DNA from: Hydrurus foetidus
Taxonomy: Eukaryota
DNA: 64,000 bases
Reading direction: 5' to 3'
NCBI GenBank assembly: GCA_900617105.1
Contig: UYFQ01000032.1
Location: 682,001-746,000 of the forward strand
The position numbers and the translations under genes are program-made. Position 1 is the first letter of the stretch. Each line of letters starts with the position of its first letter. A model generated the notes under the pieces. That model saw only the letters and a list, made by a program, of their open reading frames with translations. It was not told the origin of the DNA and made no database searches. Of this stretch, positions 38,424 to 48,156 are shown piece after piece.

Positions 38424-39707
38424 CTAAGAAGGTTCGTCGTTCACCGAGAAAAAGTATGACAAACGCTGCTGCGGACTCAGCCAGTCACGGGCTTCAGCAG
38501 GCAGTGTGGCTGGGCGTATGGCCTCGGCAATTTTCAAATCAGGCTCATCGTCCAATGCCACGATAGGGGCCATTTCTTTGCGTAACTCAGGGCTGTAGAT
38601 CAGCACTTTAGGTGTCAAACTTTGCCGCCCTGGTGACACAACCATTGCTAAACTGCCATCTGTGAGCACCACCACAGTGCCAGGAGGGTAAACGCCCAGC
38701 AACTTAATCAGCAGACTGAGCAAACCCGCGTCGAATTTACTGGACTCATGGCGAAACATGGTGGCCAGCGCTTCGGCGGGCATCAGTGGCTCGCGGTCTG
38801 TGGCTTCTGGCGTACACAGTCGGTCATAGCGGTCCACCACAGCCAGAATTCGAGCGCCTATGCTGGCATCTTTTTTACCCCGAGGCCAGCCGGAGCCGTC
38901 AACCGCTTCGTGGTGATCGGCAATGATGGCAATCGCTTCGCGGCTGAAAGCCCCTGATTGAGCTGCGAACTGAGCGCTGTAAAGCACATGCTGGCGGAAA
39001 AAATCCTCTTCGTGTTTTTTACGCCTAGAAGTCTTCAAGATTTGAAGCGGGATTTGTGCCTTACCGGCATCATGGGCCAGCGCTGCCAAGGCCAAATCAG
39101 CCAACGCAACCTCACCTAACCCCGCACGCTTCCCCACCACCATGCACAAGGTCATGGTGTTCAAGGCATGAAACTGGGGGCCAATTTCCTTTTTGTCACC
39201 CAGCAAGTGCAGCAAAATTTCTTGCCCTATCGCAATCGAGGATGCGGTTTCACGCGACAGTACGGCCAATTGCTCACCCGCAGTCTTAGGCGAGCGGGTC
39301 AAGCTCAGCAACGCATCGCGTGTAGCGCGCGCAGCCAGTCCCCAGGCTTGATCTGCACGCAGAGCTGCGGCCTGTTGCACCTTGAGCTTCTCTCTCTTGG
39401 CCTGCTCCAGGGTACGCAACTCCTGTGCTAAGACAGTTTTTTCCACCGCTTTAATGGCTAACACTTCGGGGCTTAGCAGCTCTGGTTCAACCAGGGGGGG
39501 CGGGGAAACTGCACTTTTATCAGGGTAATAATAAAGCCGCCCAATGATATCCAAAGACTGCATTAGGGCCACGTCTGTAGCCGTTTTCAACAGCATGCGG
39601 TTAGCCAAAAAGGGGTGCTTATCCCACCGCACATCCAGCCAGACAAAAAGCCCTACAACCAATTGTGAAGGGTCAATGGCAACATGGGATCCGGGTTTTT
39701 TCCACAT
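38424..39707 (-). CDS. HD-GYP-like phosphohydrolase with DUF3391-like N-terminus, copy 2
   Basis: Same length and motifs as copy 1. Confidence 0.88.
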   Translation of the reverse strand: MWKKPGSHVAIDPSQLVVGLFVWLDVRWDKHPFLANRMLLKTATDVALMQSLDIIGRLYYYPDKSAVSPPPLVEPELLSPEVLAIKAVEKTVLAQELRTLEQAKREKLKVQQAAALRADQAWGLAARATRDALLSLTRSPKTAGEQLAVLSRETASSIAIGQEILLHLLGDKKEIGPQFHALNTMTLCMVVGKRAGLGEVALADLALAALAHDAGKAQIPLQILKTSRRKKHEEDFFRQHVLYSAQFAAQSGAFSREAIAIIADHHEAVDGSGWPRGKKDASIGARILAVVDRYDRLCTPEATDREPLMPAEALATMFRHESSKFDAGLLSLLIKLLGVYPPGTVVVLTDGSLAMVVSPGRQSLTPKVLIYSPELRKEMAPIVALDDEPDLKIAEAIRPATLPAEARDWLSPQQRLSYFFSVNDEPS

Positions 39708-39803
39708 AGTTACTGTTAATGCCGTTGGTTTTGGCTGGACGTTGCCTATGAAAGAAGGCAAACATACCAATCATCGTAACGCCATGCCAGTGACCTTGCC
39801 GGG

Positions 39804-39896
39804 ATGGGACAATAGACACCATGTACGCAATGTATGAAGAAAGTGGCAAGTTCCTTGCCGGTCGCTCATATCTGAAACCGATTCCTCCGCTCTGGT
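39804..39896 (+). pseudogene. Frameshifted duplicate of the rnb upstream region and first ~25 codons
   Basis: Matches 41700-41793 with a 1-bp deletion (gtcgctcat vs gtcggctcat). Confidence 0.88.
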
Positions 39897-39906
39897 GAAA
39901 GACCCC

Positions 39907-41529
39907 TTAACCACCAGCGGCGATGATGCGTTCCACATTGCGCTCGGCCAACGCTGAAATCGTGAGTGACGGGTTCACAGCACCGGTGGTGCCCGGAATC
40001 AGCGCCCCGTCCACCACATACAAACCAGGGTGACCCACCACACGGCCCAGTCCGTCGGTGGCTTTATTCAGTACAGCACCGCCCAAGGGGTGTGCCGTCC
40101 AGTTGCGGCCCGCCACATCAGGCGTGATCAAAGGCACGCCCGGCACCGCTCCGGAAGCAGCACAAATGCGGTTGTTCACCATCCGACTGACGGCGATGGC
40201 ATCGTCATTGCCGTTAGCTGCCCAGTTCAACTTCACCGAATCGGTGCCTGCGTCATACTGGAAATTACCCCGGTGGGTTTGGTCAAACACCATGCCCAAC
40301 GAGCCAATGACACCCAAATCACCGGGCACACCTGGGGGATACCAGTTTTCCAACGTGATCGGCAAGCCCGCTGTGGCATCGTGAATGCGCGAAGCGCTGG
40401 GCGAGCCTTGGGTAAAGCCCGATGGCAGCGTCAGGCTGCGTGACACGGTCGTGTCGCCATTGCTGCCCCAACCCTTGCCCACCTCAGCATTCAAATTGCG
40501 CAAATACCCCTTGGCTTGCGCTTTGACCAACAACTCGGACGTCCCCACCGAACCCGCTGCCAAAAACAGCTTGTCGCAAGTCAGCACATAGCGGTCAAGT
40601 TGAGCGCCAGCGGGGCTGCGTTTGATAACGTCCACGGTGTAGCGGCTGCCATCCCATGAAATGCCCTGTACCTCATGGCCAGGGTAAATTTTGGCGCGGC
40701 CTGTGGCTTCGGCTAATCTGAGGTAATTTTGGTTCAAGTCAAACTTAGCGCCGTTGCTGTTGCCGTGGTTGCTCAAGCCCACGGTGGCGGAAGGCTTGCT
40801 TTGCAGTTTGATCTCAGCGCGCACCACATCCCAATTGAAGATCGACTCACTGGGGGTGACGCTGTAGCCCGCTTTGCGCACCTGCGCGTCCCACACCCGG
40901 GAATGACCAAAGGCATTGGCGTTGTACACATCGGTGGGCATGGTGCTCAGGCGCAGCATTTGACGAACGCGCGGGTAGTACACGGCGTTCATTTCGTCGA
41001 AGCTGACTTTGCCCTCAAAGATGGCGTCAAAGTAACGGCGCTCAGGCTGGATCATGCAGCCTGTAAACACCACAGATCCACCGCCAACAGCGGCACCGCG
41101 CCACACGGTCATGTTTTGGTACTCGGTTGCATCCATCACGCCACCAAAGTTGTCGAAATAAGCGGTGTTGCCTGCGATCATTTTGGCACTGGTGCGGTGC
41201 CAGAACGCACGGCCATCAGGCAAGGTGTCGTTGCTGAAAATATCGCGCCAAGGCGCGTTGGGCCATTTAGACCCCCGCTCCAGCACGGTAACTTGCTGAC
41301 CCGCTTGCGCCAAGCGCAGTGCAGAGATCGCACCACCAAAACCAGAACCAATCACCAAACAAGGCGTATAGGCAGGTGGACGGGGGATGGGCTGAAAAAT
41401 CTCAGGTACCAAGGCTTGGTATTTCAACAGCTGCAATGAAGGCAACAGGAAGGCTTGGGCGGGGCTGGTAGCCAGTGCGCTGAGACCTGTGGCACCCAAA
41501 CTGGCCAATGTTTGACGGCGTGACAACAT
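39907..41529 (-). CDS. Tat-exported GMC oxidoreductase, cholesterol oxidase (class I)-like
   Basis: SRRQTL Tat signal; GSGFGG, GAAVGGGSVV, AAGSVGT, HPLGG, VNPSLTISALAER. Confidence 0.85.
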   Translation of the reverse strand: MLSRRQTLASLGATGLSALATSPAQAFLLPSLQLLKYQALVPEIFQPIPRPPAYTPCLVIGSGFGGAISALRLAQAGQQVTVLERGSKWPNAPWRDIFSNDTLPDGRAFWHRTSAKMIAGNTAYFDNFGGVMDATEYQNMTVWRGAAVGGGSVVFTGCMIQPERRYFDAIFEGKVSFDEMNAVYYPRVRQMLRLSTMPTDVYNANAFGHSRVWDAQVRKAGYSVTPSESIFNWDVVRAEIKLQSKPSATVGLSNHGNSNGAKFDLNQNYLRLAEATGRAKIYPGHEVQGISWDGSRYTVDVIKRSPAGAQLDRYVLTCDKLFLAAGSVGTSELLVKAQAKGYLRNLNAEVGKGWGSNGDTTVSRSLTLPSGFTQGSPSASRIHDATAGLPITLENWYPPGVPGDLGVIGSLGMVFDQTHRGNFQYDAGTDSVKLNWAANGNDDAIAVSRMVNNRICAASGAVPGVPLITPDVAGRNWTAHPLGGAVLNKATDGLGRVVGHPGLYVVDGALIPGTTGAVNPSLTISALAERNVERIIAAGG

Positions 41530-41716
41530 AGTGAAAATTTCCTCATAGGGGTTGCAACAAAGGGAGAGACCCAATATGTAATAAATTGTTACATTAATCC
41601 GCAGCATTCACCCATAAAACCCGTACAGGTAGACAATTATTTTTGTCCACCATGCCAAAAATATATCAAAACCAAGCTCCGTCGGGCGGTTGCACAGGAA
41701 TGGGACAATAGGCACC

Positions 41717-43813
41717 ATGTACGCAATGTTTGAAGAAAGCGGCAAGTTCCTTGCCGGTCGGCTCATGTCTGAGACCGATTCCTCCGCCCAGGTTGAGCTT
41801 GACAGTGGCAAACGGGTCAAAGTCAAAGCCGTCAACCTGATGTTGAAATTTGAAAAACCCGCACCGGCTGAATTTTTGGCCGCTGCCCAAGCCGTGAGTG
41901 AGAGCATCGAGCTGGAACTCGCCTGGGAATTCGCCCCTGAAGACGAGTTTGGCTTTGCCGATCTCGCCCGCGACTATTTCAGTGAAAAAGCCACGCTGAC
42001 CGAACAGGCCGCCGCCTTGTTGCGGCTCTACGACGCACCTCACTACTTTCGCCGCGCAGGCAGAGGGCGCTTTCGCAAAGCCTCTGCTGACATCTTGCAA
42101 CTGGCCTTGGCCGCAATTGAAAAGAAAAAACAAGTCGCACAGCAAATCACGGATTGGGCCACCACACTAGGCCAAGGCGAGTGCCCTGAGCCGATTCGGC
42201 AGCAGTTGTACAAAATTTTGTTCAGGCCCGACAAAAACGCACCCGAGTACAAGGCTGTCGTCGATGCATCTCGTGCCACCCAAACCGCGCCACTCGATTT
42301 GCTGCAACGCGCCGGGGCCATCGCCTCGCCTTACCAGTTCCATTGGCAACGGTTTTTGTTTGACAACTTCCCCAAAGGTACGGGCTTCCCCACCTTGGAA
42401 GCGCCGCCCATCAAGGACGACTTGCCATTGGCCAATGTGCAGGCTTACTCGATTGACGATTCGCAAACTACCGAGATTGACGACGCACTCTCGCTGCAAG
42501 GCTTGGGCACCGGCACCGTGGTGCTGGGCATCCACATCGCCGCGCCCGCGTTGGCGATTGAGCCGGGCAGTGCGATTGACCAGCTGGGCCGCACGCGCCT
42601 TTCCACGGTCTACATGCCGGGCTACAAAGTCACCATGCTGCCCGATGCGGTGGTGCAGCACTACACGCTGGCCGAAGGGCGCGACTGCCCTGCCGTGTCA
42701 CTTTACGTGACAATGGACGAAGCCACGCTGACCATCCAATCCACAGAAACCAAACTGGAGCGCGTGCCCATCGCCGCCAACCTGCGGCACGACCAGCTCG
42801 ATGCCATCGTCACCGAGCCGTGGCTGGAAGACCCCAGCTACTTGCATGACGATTTGACTCATCAAAACACGGCTTCTAGCTTACCGTTAGGGCGTGAGAA
42901 GCTATCATTTTTATGGCGCTTGGCGCGGCATTTGAAGACTGGGCGCGAGGTGGTGCGTGGCAAGCCTGAGAATTTCAACCGGCCTGATTACAACTTCCGC
43001 CTGCTGCGCGATGACCCCAGCCTGGACGGCACCGAGCCAGTAGGCCTTGAAACCGTGCAGATCACCGTGCGCCGCCGGGGTGCGCCACTGGACTTGATCG
43101 TGGCCGAAGCCATGATTCTGGCCAACAGCACCTGGGGCAACTGGCTGGCCGAGCATGGCGTGCCCGGCATTTACCGCAGCCAAGCCAGCATGGCCCCTGG
43201 CGTGAAGGTGCGCATGGGCACCAAAGCCTTGCCGCACGCGGGCATCGGCGTGAAAAGCTATGCGTGGTGTACCTCGCCCTTGCGCCGCTACACCGATTTG
43301 GTCAACCAGTGGCAAATCATCGCCTGCGCCAAGCACGGTAAAACGGCGGCACTGGCCGCGCCGTTCAAGCCCAAAGACGTGGCGCTGTTCGCCATCATTT
43401 CGGGCTTTGACGCAGCCTACAGCGCTTACAACAGCTATCAAAATGGGATGGAACGCTTCTGGACGCTCAAGTACGTGCAGCAGCAAGGTATCACCGAGCT
43501 GACCGGCACACTGTTCAAAGAAGGCTTGGTTCGCGCCGATGACATTCCCCTGGTGCTGCCCGTGATGGGTGCAGGCGACGCGCCACGCAACGCCCATCTG
43601 CGCATCAAACTCGGTGAGGTGGACGAGATCACGCTGGACATTGGCGGCACCGTGATCGAGCGGCTGGACATCGAAGAAAGCGCAGACACGGCCATTGACA
43701 CAGAGGGCGAAGAAGACGGTGATGACGACGGTGACTCCGGTATGCCGTTGACCATTGCGGTTGACATGGCTGAAGGCGCCACAGACACCGCACCGGAGCC
43801 CGTGGCACCGTGA
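41717..43813 (+). CDS. rnb: RNB-domain exoribonuclease (RNase II family)
   Basis: SIDDSQTTEIDDA, AEAMILAN, TSPLRRYTDL. Confidence 0.92.
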   Translation: MYAMFEESGKFLAGRLMSETDSSAQVELDSGKRVKVKAVNLMLKFEKPAPAEFLAAAQAVSESIELELAWEFAPEDEFGFADLARDYFSEKATLTEQAAALLRLYDAPHYFRRAGRGRFRKASADILQLALAAIEKKKQVAQQITDWATTLGQGECPEPIRQQLYKILFRPDKNAPEYKAVVDASRATQTAPLDLLQRAGAIASPYQFHWQRFLFDNFPKGTGFPTLEAPPIKDDLPLANVQAYSIDDSQTTEIDDALSLQGLGTGTVVLGIHIAAPALAIEPGSAIDQLGRTRLSTVYMPGYKVTMLPDAVVQHYTLAEGRDCPAVSLYVTMDEATLTIQSTETKLERVPIAANLRHDQLDAIVTEPWLEDPSYLHDDLTHQNTASSLPLGREKLSFLWRLARHLKTGREVVRGKPENFNRPDYNFRLLRDDPSLDGTEPVGLETVQITVRRRGAPLDLIVAEAMILANSTWGNWLAEHGVPGIYRSQASMAPGVKVRMGTKALPHAGIGVKSYAWCTSPLRRYTDLVNQWQIIACAKHGKTAALAAPFKPKDVALFAIISGFDAAYSAYNSYQNGMERFWTLKYVQQQGITELTGTLFKEGLVRADDIPLVLPVMGAGDAPRNAHLRIKLGEVDEITLDIGGTVIERLDIEESADTAIDTEGEEDGDDDGDSGMPLTIAVDMAEGATDTAPEPVAP
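42853..42918 (-). repeat. AT-rich dispersed motif, copy 6 (inside rnb, antisense)
   Basis: Reverse complement CGCCATAAAAATGATAGC TTCTCACGCCCTAACGGTAAGCTAGAAGCCGTGTTTTGATGAGTCAAA. Confidence 0.72.
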
Positions 43814-44667
43814 ATTGGCGGCAATTCAGCACTTTGCAGTGGGCCTTGGGCGCGTCCATCGCTGTCCATGCGGTGCTGCTGACGGTGCGCTTTGTTGATC
43901 CTGAGAGCTTTGAGCGGATTTTTGAAGACACCCCGCTTGAAGTGATTTTGGTCAACGCCAAGAGCGACGAAAAGCCCGTCAAAGCCCAGGCCATCGCCCA
44001 GGCCAATCTGGCGGGTGGCGGCGAACTTGAAACAGGCCGCGCCACTTCGCCGCTGCCCCCCTCTGCGCTGGTCGCCGAGGGGGATTCCGCTGAAGACACC
44101 CAACGCCAGGTCGAGGCCATGCAAGAGCAGCAAACCCTGCTGCTGGCGCAAATTCGCAGCCAGTTGGCCGCCCTGCCACCGCAAGAAGCCAAGCCCGCGC
44201 AAACCGCCCAGCAGATCGCCCGCGAAGAGCGCCGCCGCCAATTGACCAAGCTGCTGGCCGAGATAGAGCGCCGCATCAACGAAGAAAACGCCCGCCCCAA
44301 AAAGCGTTACATCAGCCCCGCCACGCAAGAGAAGGCCTACGCGGTGTACTACGACAGCATGCGGCGCAAGATTGAAGACCGGGGCACAGAAAACTTCCCC
44401 CAAATCGCGGGCAATAAGCTCTACGGCAACCTGACGATGACACTTACCGTGAACAGCGACGGCAAAGTGCTGGACGCGCAGGTGGTGCAATCGTCGGGCA
44501 ACATCGCGCTAGACCGCCGCGCCCAAGCCATCGCCAAAAGCGCAGGCCCGTTTGACAGCTTCACCACCGAGATGCGCAGGCAGGCCGATCAGCTGGTGCT
44601 GGTGGCGCAATTTCGCTTCACCCGCGATGAAACACTGGAAACCAAGGTTGCCCCGCGTCAACCTTAG
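43810..44667 (+). CDS. TonB-family C-terminal domain protein
   Basis: N-terminal TM with S..VH; SSGNIALDRRA, AGPF; typical rnb-tonB-aroE context. Confidence 0.85.
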   Translation: MNWRQFSTLQWALGASIAVHAVLLTVRFVDPESFERIFEDTPLEVILVNAKSDEKPVKAQAIAQANLAGGGELETGRATSPLPPSALVAEGDSAEDTQRQVEAMQEQQTLLLAQIRSQLAALPPQEAKPAQTAQQIAREERRRQLTKLLAEIERRINEENARPKKRYISPATQEKAYAVYYDSMRRKIEDRGTENFPQIAGNKLYGNLTMTLTVNSDGKVLDAQVVQSSGNIALDRRAQAIAKSAGPFDSFTTEMRRQADQLVLVAQFRFTRDETLETKVAPRQP

Positions 44668-44685
44668 GCAAGCACTGAACGCCCC

Positions 44686-45537
44686 ATGAACATATCAACC
44701 CAAACCGCTGCCTACTGCGTCTTCGGCAACCCCATCGCCCACAGCCGCTCACCGTGGATCCACACCCGCTTTACCGAACTCACAGGCGAAGCGGTGCAGT
44801 ACACCAAGCGCCTCGCACCGCTGGACGGTTTTGCCCAGGCGCTGGAGGCGTTTTGGGCCGAAGGCGGACAGGGTTGCAACATCACCGTGCCCTTCAAGCT
44901 GCAAGCCGCCGCGCTGGCCGACCATATCAGCCCGCGTGCGGCTTTGGCCGGGGCGTGCAATGTGTTGCACAGGGTGGACGGCCAGCTCCATGCGGACAAC
45001 AGCGACGGCATCGGCTTGGTGCGCGACATCACCGTCAACGCCGGGTTCGAGCTGAAGGGGCGCGATATTTTGCTGATCGGTGCCGGTGGCGCAGCGGCGG
45101 GCGTACTGGGGCCGCTGCTGGAATGCCAGCCGCGTCGCATCGTCGTGGCCAACCGCACAGAGGCCAAAGCGCAAGCGCTGGCGGCCTCCCATGCGGCTTT
45201 GGCTGCGCTACAAAAAGTAGAGCTACTCACGCATAACCTACAAACAGTCGGCACTGGTTTTGATCTGGTGATCAACGGCACAGCCAGCAGTTTGAGCGGT
45301 GGCGGCATCCCGGTGCCATCCTCTTGCCTGCGCCCTGGCAGCCTCGCCTGCGACCTGATGTACGGCCCCGCTGCCCAAGGTTTTTTGACCTGGGCCGCTG
45401 AGCACGGCGCACAAGGGCGCGATGGCTTGGGCATGTTGGTCGAGCAAGCCGGCGAGGCGTTTGAGATCTGGCGTGGCGTGCGCCCCCCTACCGCCCAAGT
45501 GCTGGTCGAGCTGCGGGCGCTGCTGGCGGCGGCGTAA
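44686..45537 (+). CDS. aroE: Shikimate dehydrogenase
   Basis: GNPIAHSRSP.IH, NITVPFK, GAGGAA, NRT, DLMY, DGLGMLVEQA. Confidence 0.96.
   Translation: MNISTQTAAYCVFGNPIAHSRSPWIHTRFTELTGEAVQYTKRLAPLDGFAQALEAFWAEGGQGCNITVPFKLQAAALADHISPRAALAGACNVLHRVDGQLHADNSDGIGLVRDITVNAGFELKGRDILLIGAGGAAAGVLGPLLECQPRRIVVANRTEAKAQALAASHAALAALQKVELLTHNLQTVGTGFDLVINGTASSLSGGGIPVPSSCLRPGSLACDLMYGPAAQGFLTWAAEHGAQGRDGLGMLVEQAGEAFEIWRGVRPPTAQVLVELRALLAAA
45206..45266 (+). repeat. AT-rich dispersed motif, copy 7 (inside aroE, sense)
   Basis: CGCTACAAAAAGTAGAGC TACTCACGCATAACCTACAAACAGTCGGCACTGGTTTTGA. Confidence 0.7.
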
Positions 45538-45556
45538 ACAGCAACGCGAAACAGCA

Positions 45557-46339
45557 ATGAAAGCAAGCTCTCGTTGGCGTGAAGGGGTGCGCTGGGCTGT
45601 GCTGGTGGCTGCGGCTTTTGTGGTCTTACAGCTTTATTTTGTAGGCCGTATCGCACTGATGGCCTGGGTAGACCCGCAATCGTCCAGCTTCGAGCGCTCT
45701 GAAGCGTGGCGCTTAAGCACAGAAACCGGCCATCTGCGATGGCGTCAACAGTGGGTGCCGTATGCGCAACTCTCCGACAACCTGAAACGGGCAGTGATTG
45801 CCTCTGAAGATGGCGCATTCGTGAACCATGACGGCGTGGAATGGGAGGCGATGGAAAAAGCGTGGCAAAAGAACGCCAAGGCGGAAGAAAAAGTGCAAGC
45901 CCAGGTCAAAAAGGCCGCTGAAAAAGCCGCGCAAAAGCCTAACGCCGCCATCAAGGTGCCTAAACCGCCCAAAATCATAGGCGGCTCGACCATCACGCAA
46001 CAGCTGGCGAAAAACCTGTTCCTCTCTGGAGAACGCACCCTGCTGCGCAAAGGACAAGAGTTCGTGCTAACGCTGCTGCTGGAGGCATTGCTGGACAAGC
46101 AACGCATCCTAGAGCTGTATCTGAACCACGTGGAATGGGGAGAGGGTGTGTTTGGCGCAGAGGCTGCGTCGCAACACTATTACCGCAAGAACGCTGTGCA
46201 ACTCAGCGCTTATGAGGCGGCCCGGCTGGCGGTGATGCTGCCAAGGCCCCGGTATTTTGAGAAGTTACCGAACTCTGCTTACCTCAGCAGCCGAGCCCAA
46301 ACGATTGCGGCGCGAATGCGGGATGCTGAATTGCCGTGA
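45557..46339 (+). CDS. mtgA: Monofunctional peptidoglycan transglycosylase
   Basis: IASED..F..H.G, GGSTITQQLAKNLFL, RKGQE, YLNHVEWG. Confidence 0.95.
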   Translation: MKASSRWREGVRWAVLVAAAFVVLQLYFVGRIALMAWVDPQSSSFERSEAWRLSTETGHLRWRQQWVPYAQLSDNLKRAVIASEDGAFVNHDGVEWEAMEKAWQKNAKAEEKVQAQVKKAAEKAAQKPNAAIKVPKPPKIIGGSTITQQLAKNLFLSGERTLLRKGQEFVLTLLLEALLDKQRILELYLNHVEWGEGVFGAEAASQHYYRKNAVQLSAYEAARLAVMLPRPRYFEKLPNSAYLSSRAQTIAARMRDAELP

Positions 46340-46532
46340 AATAACGGTCATTCAGGCCATACGGGCTTCAACGGCGGCGGTCGCGCTCATCTTCAGGCCA
46401 CAAAGTGGGCTGGCGGTTTTTGGTGGTCATAGCGAGGGAGAGAGTAGCAAACATGGTTTTATTTCCTTAGGCCTTGCTACAACGCCGTGCCCTTCAGGTC
46501 GGTTGACAATCCAGGTCAGTATCATCGCGGCC

Positions 46533-47144
46533 ATGTTAGCCAAGCTCATGAGTCTCTTTTTACTGGGGTTTATCCGGGTGTTAACCGGTGCCCAGGCCCG
46601 TTGGTACGGTTGCCCGCCCAAAGCGGAGCAGCGCATCTACTTTGCCAACCACCAAAGCCACGCTGATTTGGTGATGATTTGGGCCGCCCTGCCCGAAGAC
46701 CTGCGCGACATTACCCGCCCTATCGCGGCCAAAGATTACTGGACGGCCACGCCATTCAAGCAGTGGATCACCACCGAGGTGTTCCACGCCATCTATGTTG
46801 ACCGGGCGCGCACGGGGGATCAAGACCCGCTGGAACCGTTGATCGAAGCGTTGAACAACGGCGACTCCATCATCCTGTTCCCCGAAGGCACGCGGGGCAA
46901 TGCGGAAGAACCGCAAGCGTTCAAAGCCGGATTGTTCAATCTCGCTGAAAAATTCCCCCATGTGGTGCTGGTGCCCGCCTGGATCAACAACGTACAGCGG
47001 GTGATGCCCAAAGGCGAAGTGGTGCCCGTGCCTGTGCTGTGCTCGGTGACGTTTGGTGCGCCCATCAGCATCGCCCCTGGTGAAGAACGCCGGGCATTTT
47101 TAGAGCGAGCGCGTGCCTGCGTGATCGCATTACGCGAAGTTTGA
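46533..47144 (+). CDS. Lysophospholipid acyltransferase (PlsC family)
   Basis: NHQSHAD (HX4D), FPEGTR, FKAG. Confidence 0.92.
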   Translation: MLAKLMSLFLLGFIRVLTGAQARWYGCPPKAEQRIYFANHQSHADLVMIWAALPEDLRDITRPIAAKDYWTATPFKQWITTEVFHAIYVDRARTGDQDPLEPLIEALNNGDSIILFPEGTRGNAEEPQAFKAGLFNLAEKFPHVVLVPAWINNVQRVMPKGEVVPVPVLCSVTFGAPISIAPGEERRAFLERARACVIALREV

Positions 47145-47148
47145 TGCC

Positions 47149-48156
47149 ATGCCGAACATCCTCACTATGAACCAATTGCTCTACAACATGACGGCCACTG
47201 AGCAGGTGGGAGCACTCTTTTTGCTGGTCTTTGGCCTGCTGCTGACGGCCAGCATCACCCTGTTTGTGCGCTCTATCCGCGAACACGCCGATGACGCGGG
47301 AGGGGACGCCCATCGCTTGAATCTGAAATACTTGCAAGGCGTGCTGAAAACTTCTTGGGTAATGATGGGCGTGTTCTGGGTAGGCTGGGTGTCGGGCGAT
47401 ACGGTGGCGATTGTTCTGTTTGCACTGGTGGCATTTTTTGCACTGCGCGAGTTCATCACACTGTCGCCCACCCGGCGGGGCGATCACCGCAGCTTGGTAT
47501 TGGCGTTTTTTGTGGTGCTGCCGGTGCAATTTGCCTTGGTGGCTTACCAGCGCTTTGATTTGTTCACGGTGTTCATCCCGGTGTACGTGTTCCTGGCGAT
47601 CCCCGTGGTGAGTGCGCTGGCGAATGATCCTCAGCGGTTTCTGGAACGCAACGCCAAACTGCAATGGGGCATCATGGTCTGCGTCTACGGCATGAGCCAT
47701 GTGCCTGCGCTGCTGTTGCTCGATTTCCCTGGCTACACCGGGCGAAATGCTTTCTTGGTGTTCTTTTTGGTGATCGTGGTTCAGACCTGCATGTTGGTGC
47801 AGCACTTTGCGTCCCGGCGACTGGCGCGCGCCCCCACCGCACCCGCCATCAGCAAAACCTTCAACTGGCGCAGTTGGTGGGTGGGACTGCTGTTCGCGGG
47901 CCTGGTAGGCGTGCTGCTGACGGGTATCACGCCGTTTGTGCCGGGTCAAGCGCTGGCGATGGCGCTGATCGCCTGCGCGTCGGGCTCCCTGGGGCACTTG
48001 GTGATGAAAGCCCTCAAGCGAGACCGTGGCATCACTAACTGGGGCAGCGAAGGCAAGTCCATCACAGGGGCAGCGGGCTTGCTCGACCGGGTCGACGCGC
48101 TGTGTTTTGCGGCACCGGTATTTTTTCACTCAGTAAGGTGGAAATTTGGACTCTAA
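47149..48156 (+). CDS. Phosphatidate cytidylyltransferase family protein (YnbB-like, degenerate motifs)
   Basis: [32 protein letters not shown]. Confidence 0.8.
   Translation: MPNILTMNQLLYNMTATEQVGALFLLVFGLLLTASITLFVRSIREHADDAGGDAHRLNLKYLQGVLKTSWVMMGVFWVGWVSGDTVAIVLFALVAFFALREFITLSPTRRGDHRSLVLAFFVVLPVQFALVAYQRFDLFTVFIPVYVFLAIPVVSALANDPQRFLERNAKLQWGIMVCVYGMSHVPALLLLDFPGYTGRNAFLVFFLVIVVQTCMLVQHFASRRLARAPTAPAISKTFNWRSWWVGLLFAGLVGVLLTGITPFVPGQALAMALIACASGSLGHLVMKALKRDRGITNWGSEGKSITGAAGLLDRVDALCFAAPVFFHSVRWKFGL

Larger units (their letters stand above)
36630..39861. repeat. 1616-bp tandem duplication (ispB 3' end, HD-GYP gene, rnb 5' start)
   Basis: 36630-38245 matches 38246 to about 39861 at a constant offset of 1616 (stops 36808/38424, starts 38091/39707). 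Confidence 0.93.

Noticed and set aside
46368..46430. 20-aa minus-strand ORF MTTKNRQPTLWPEDERDRRR between mtgA and plsC
   Set aside because: No RBS or homology evidence.
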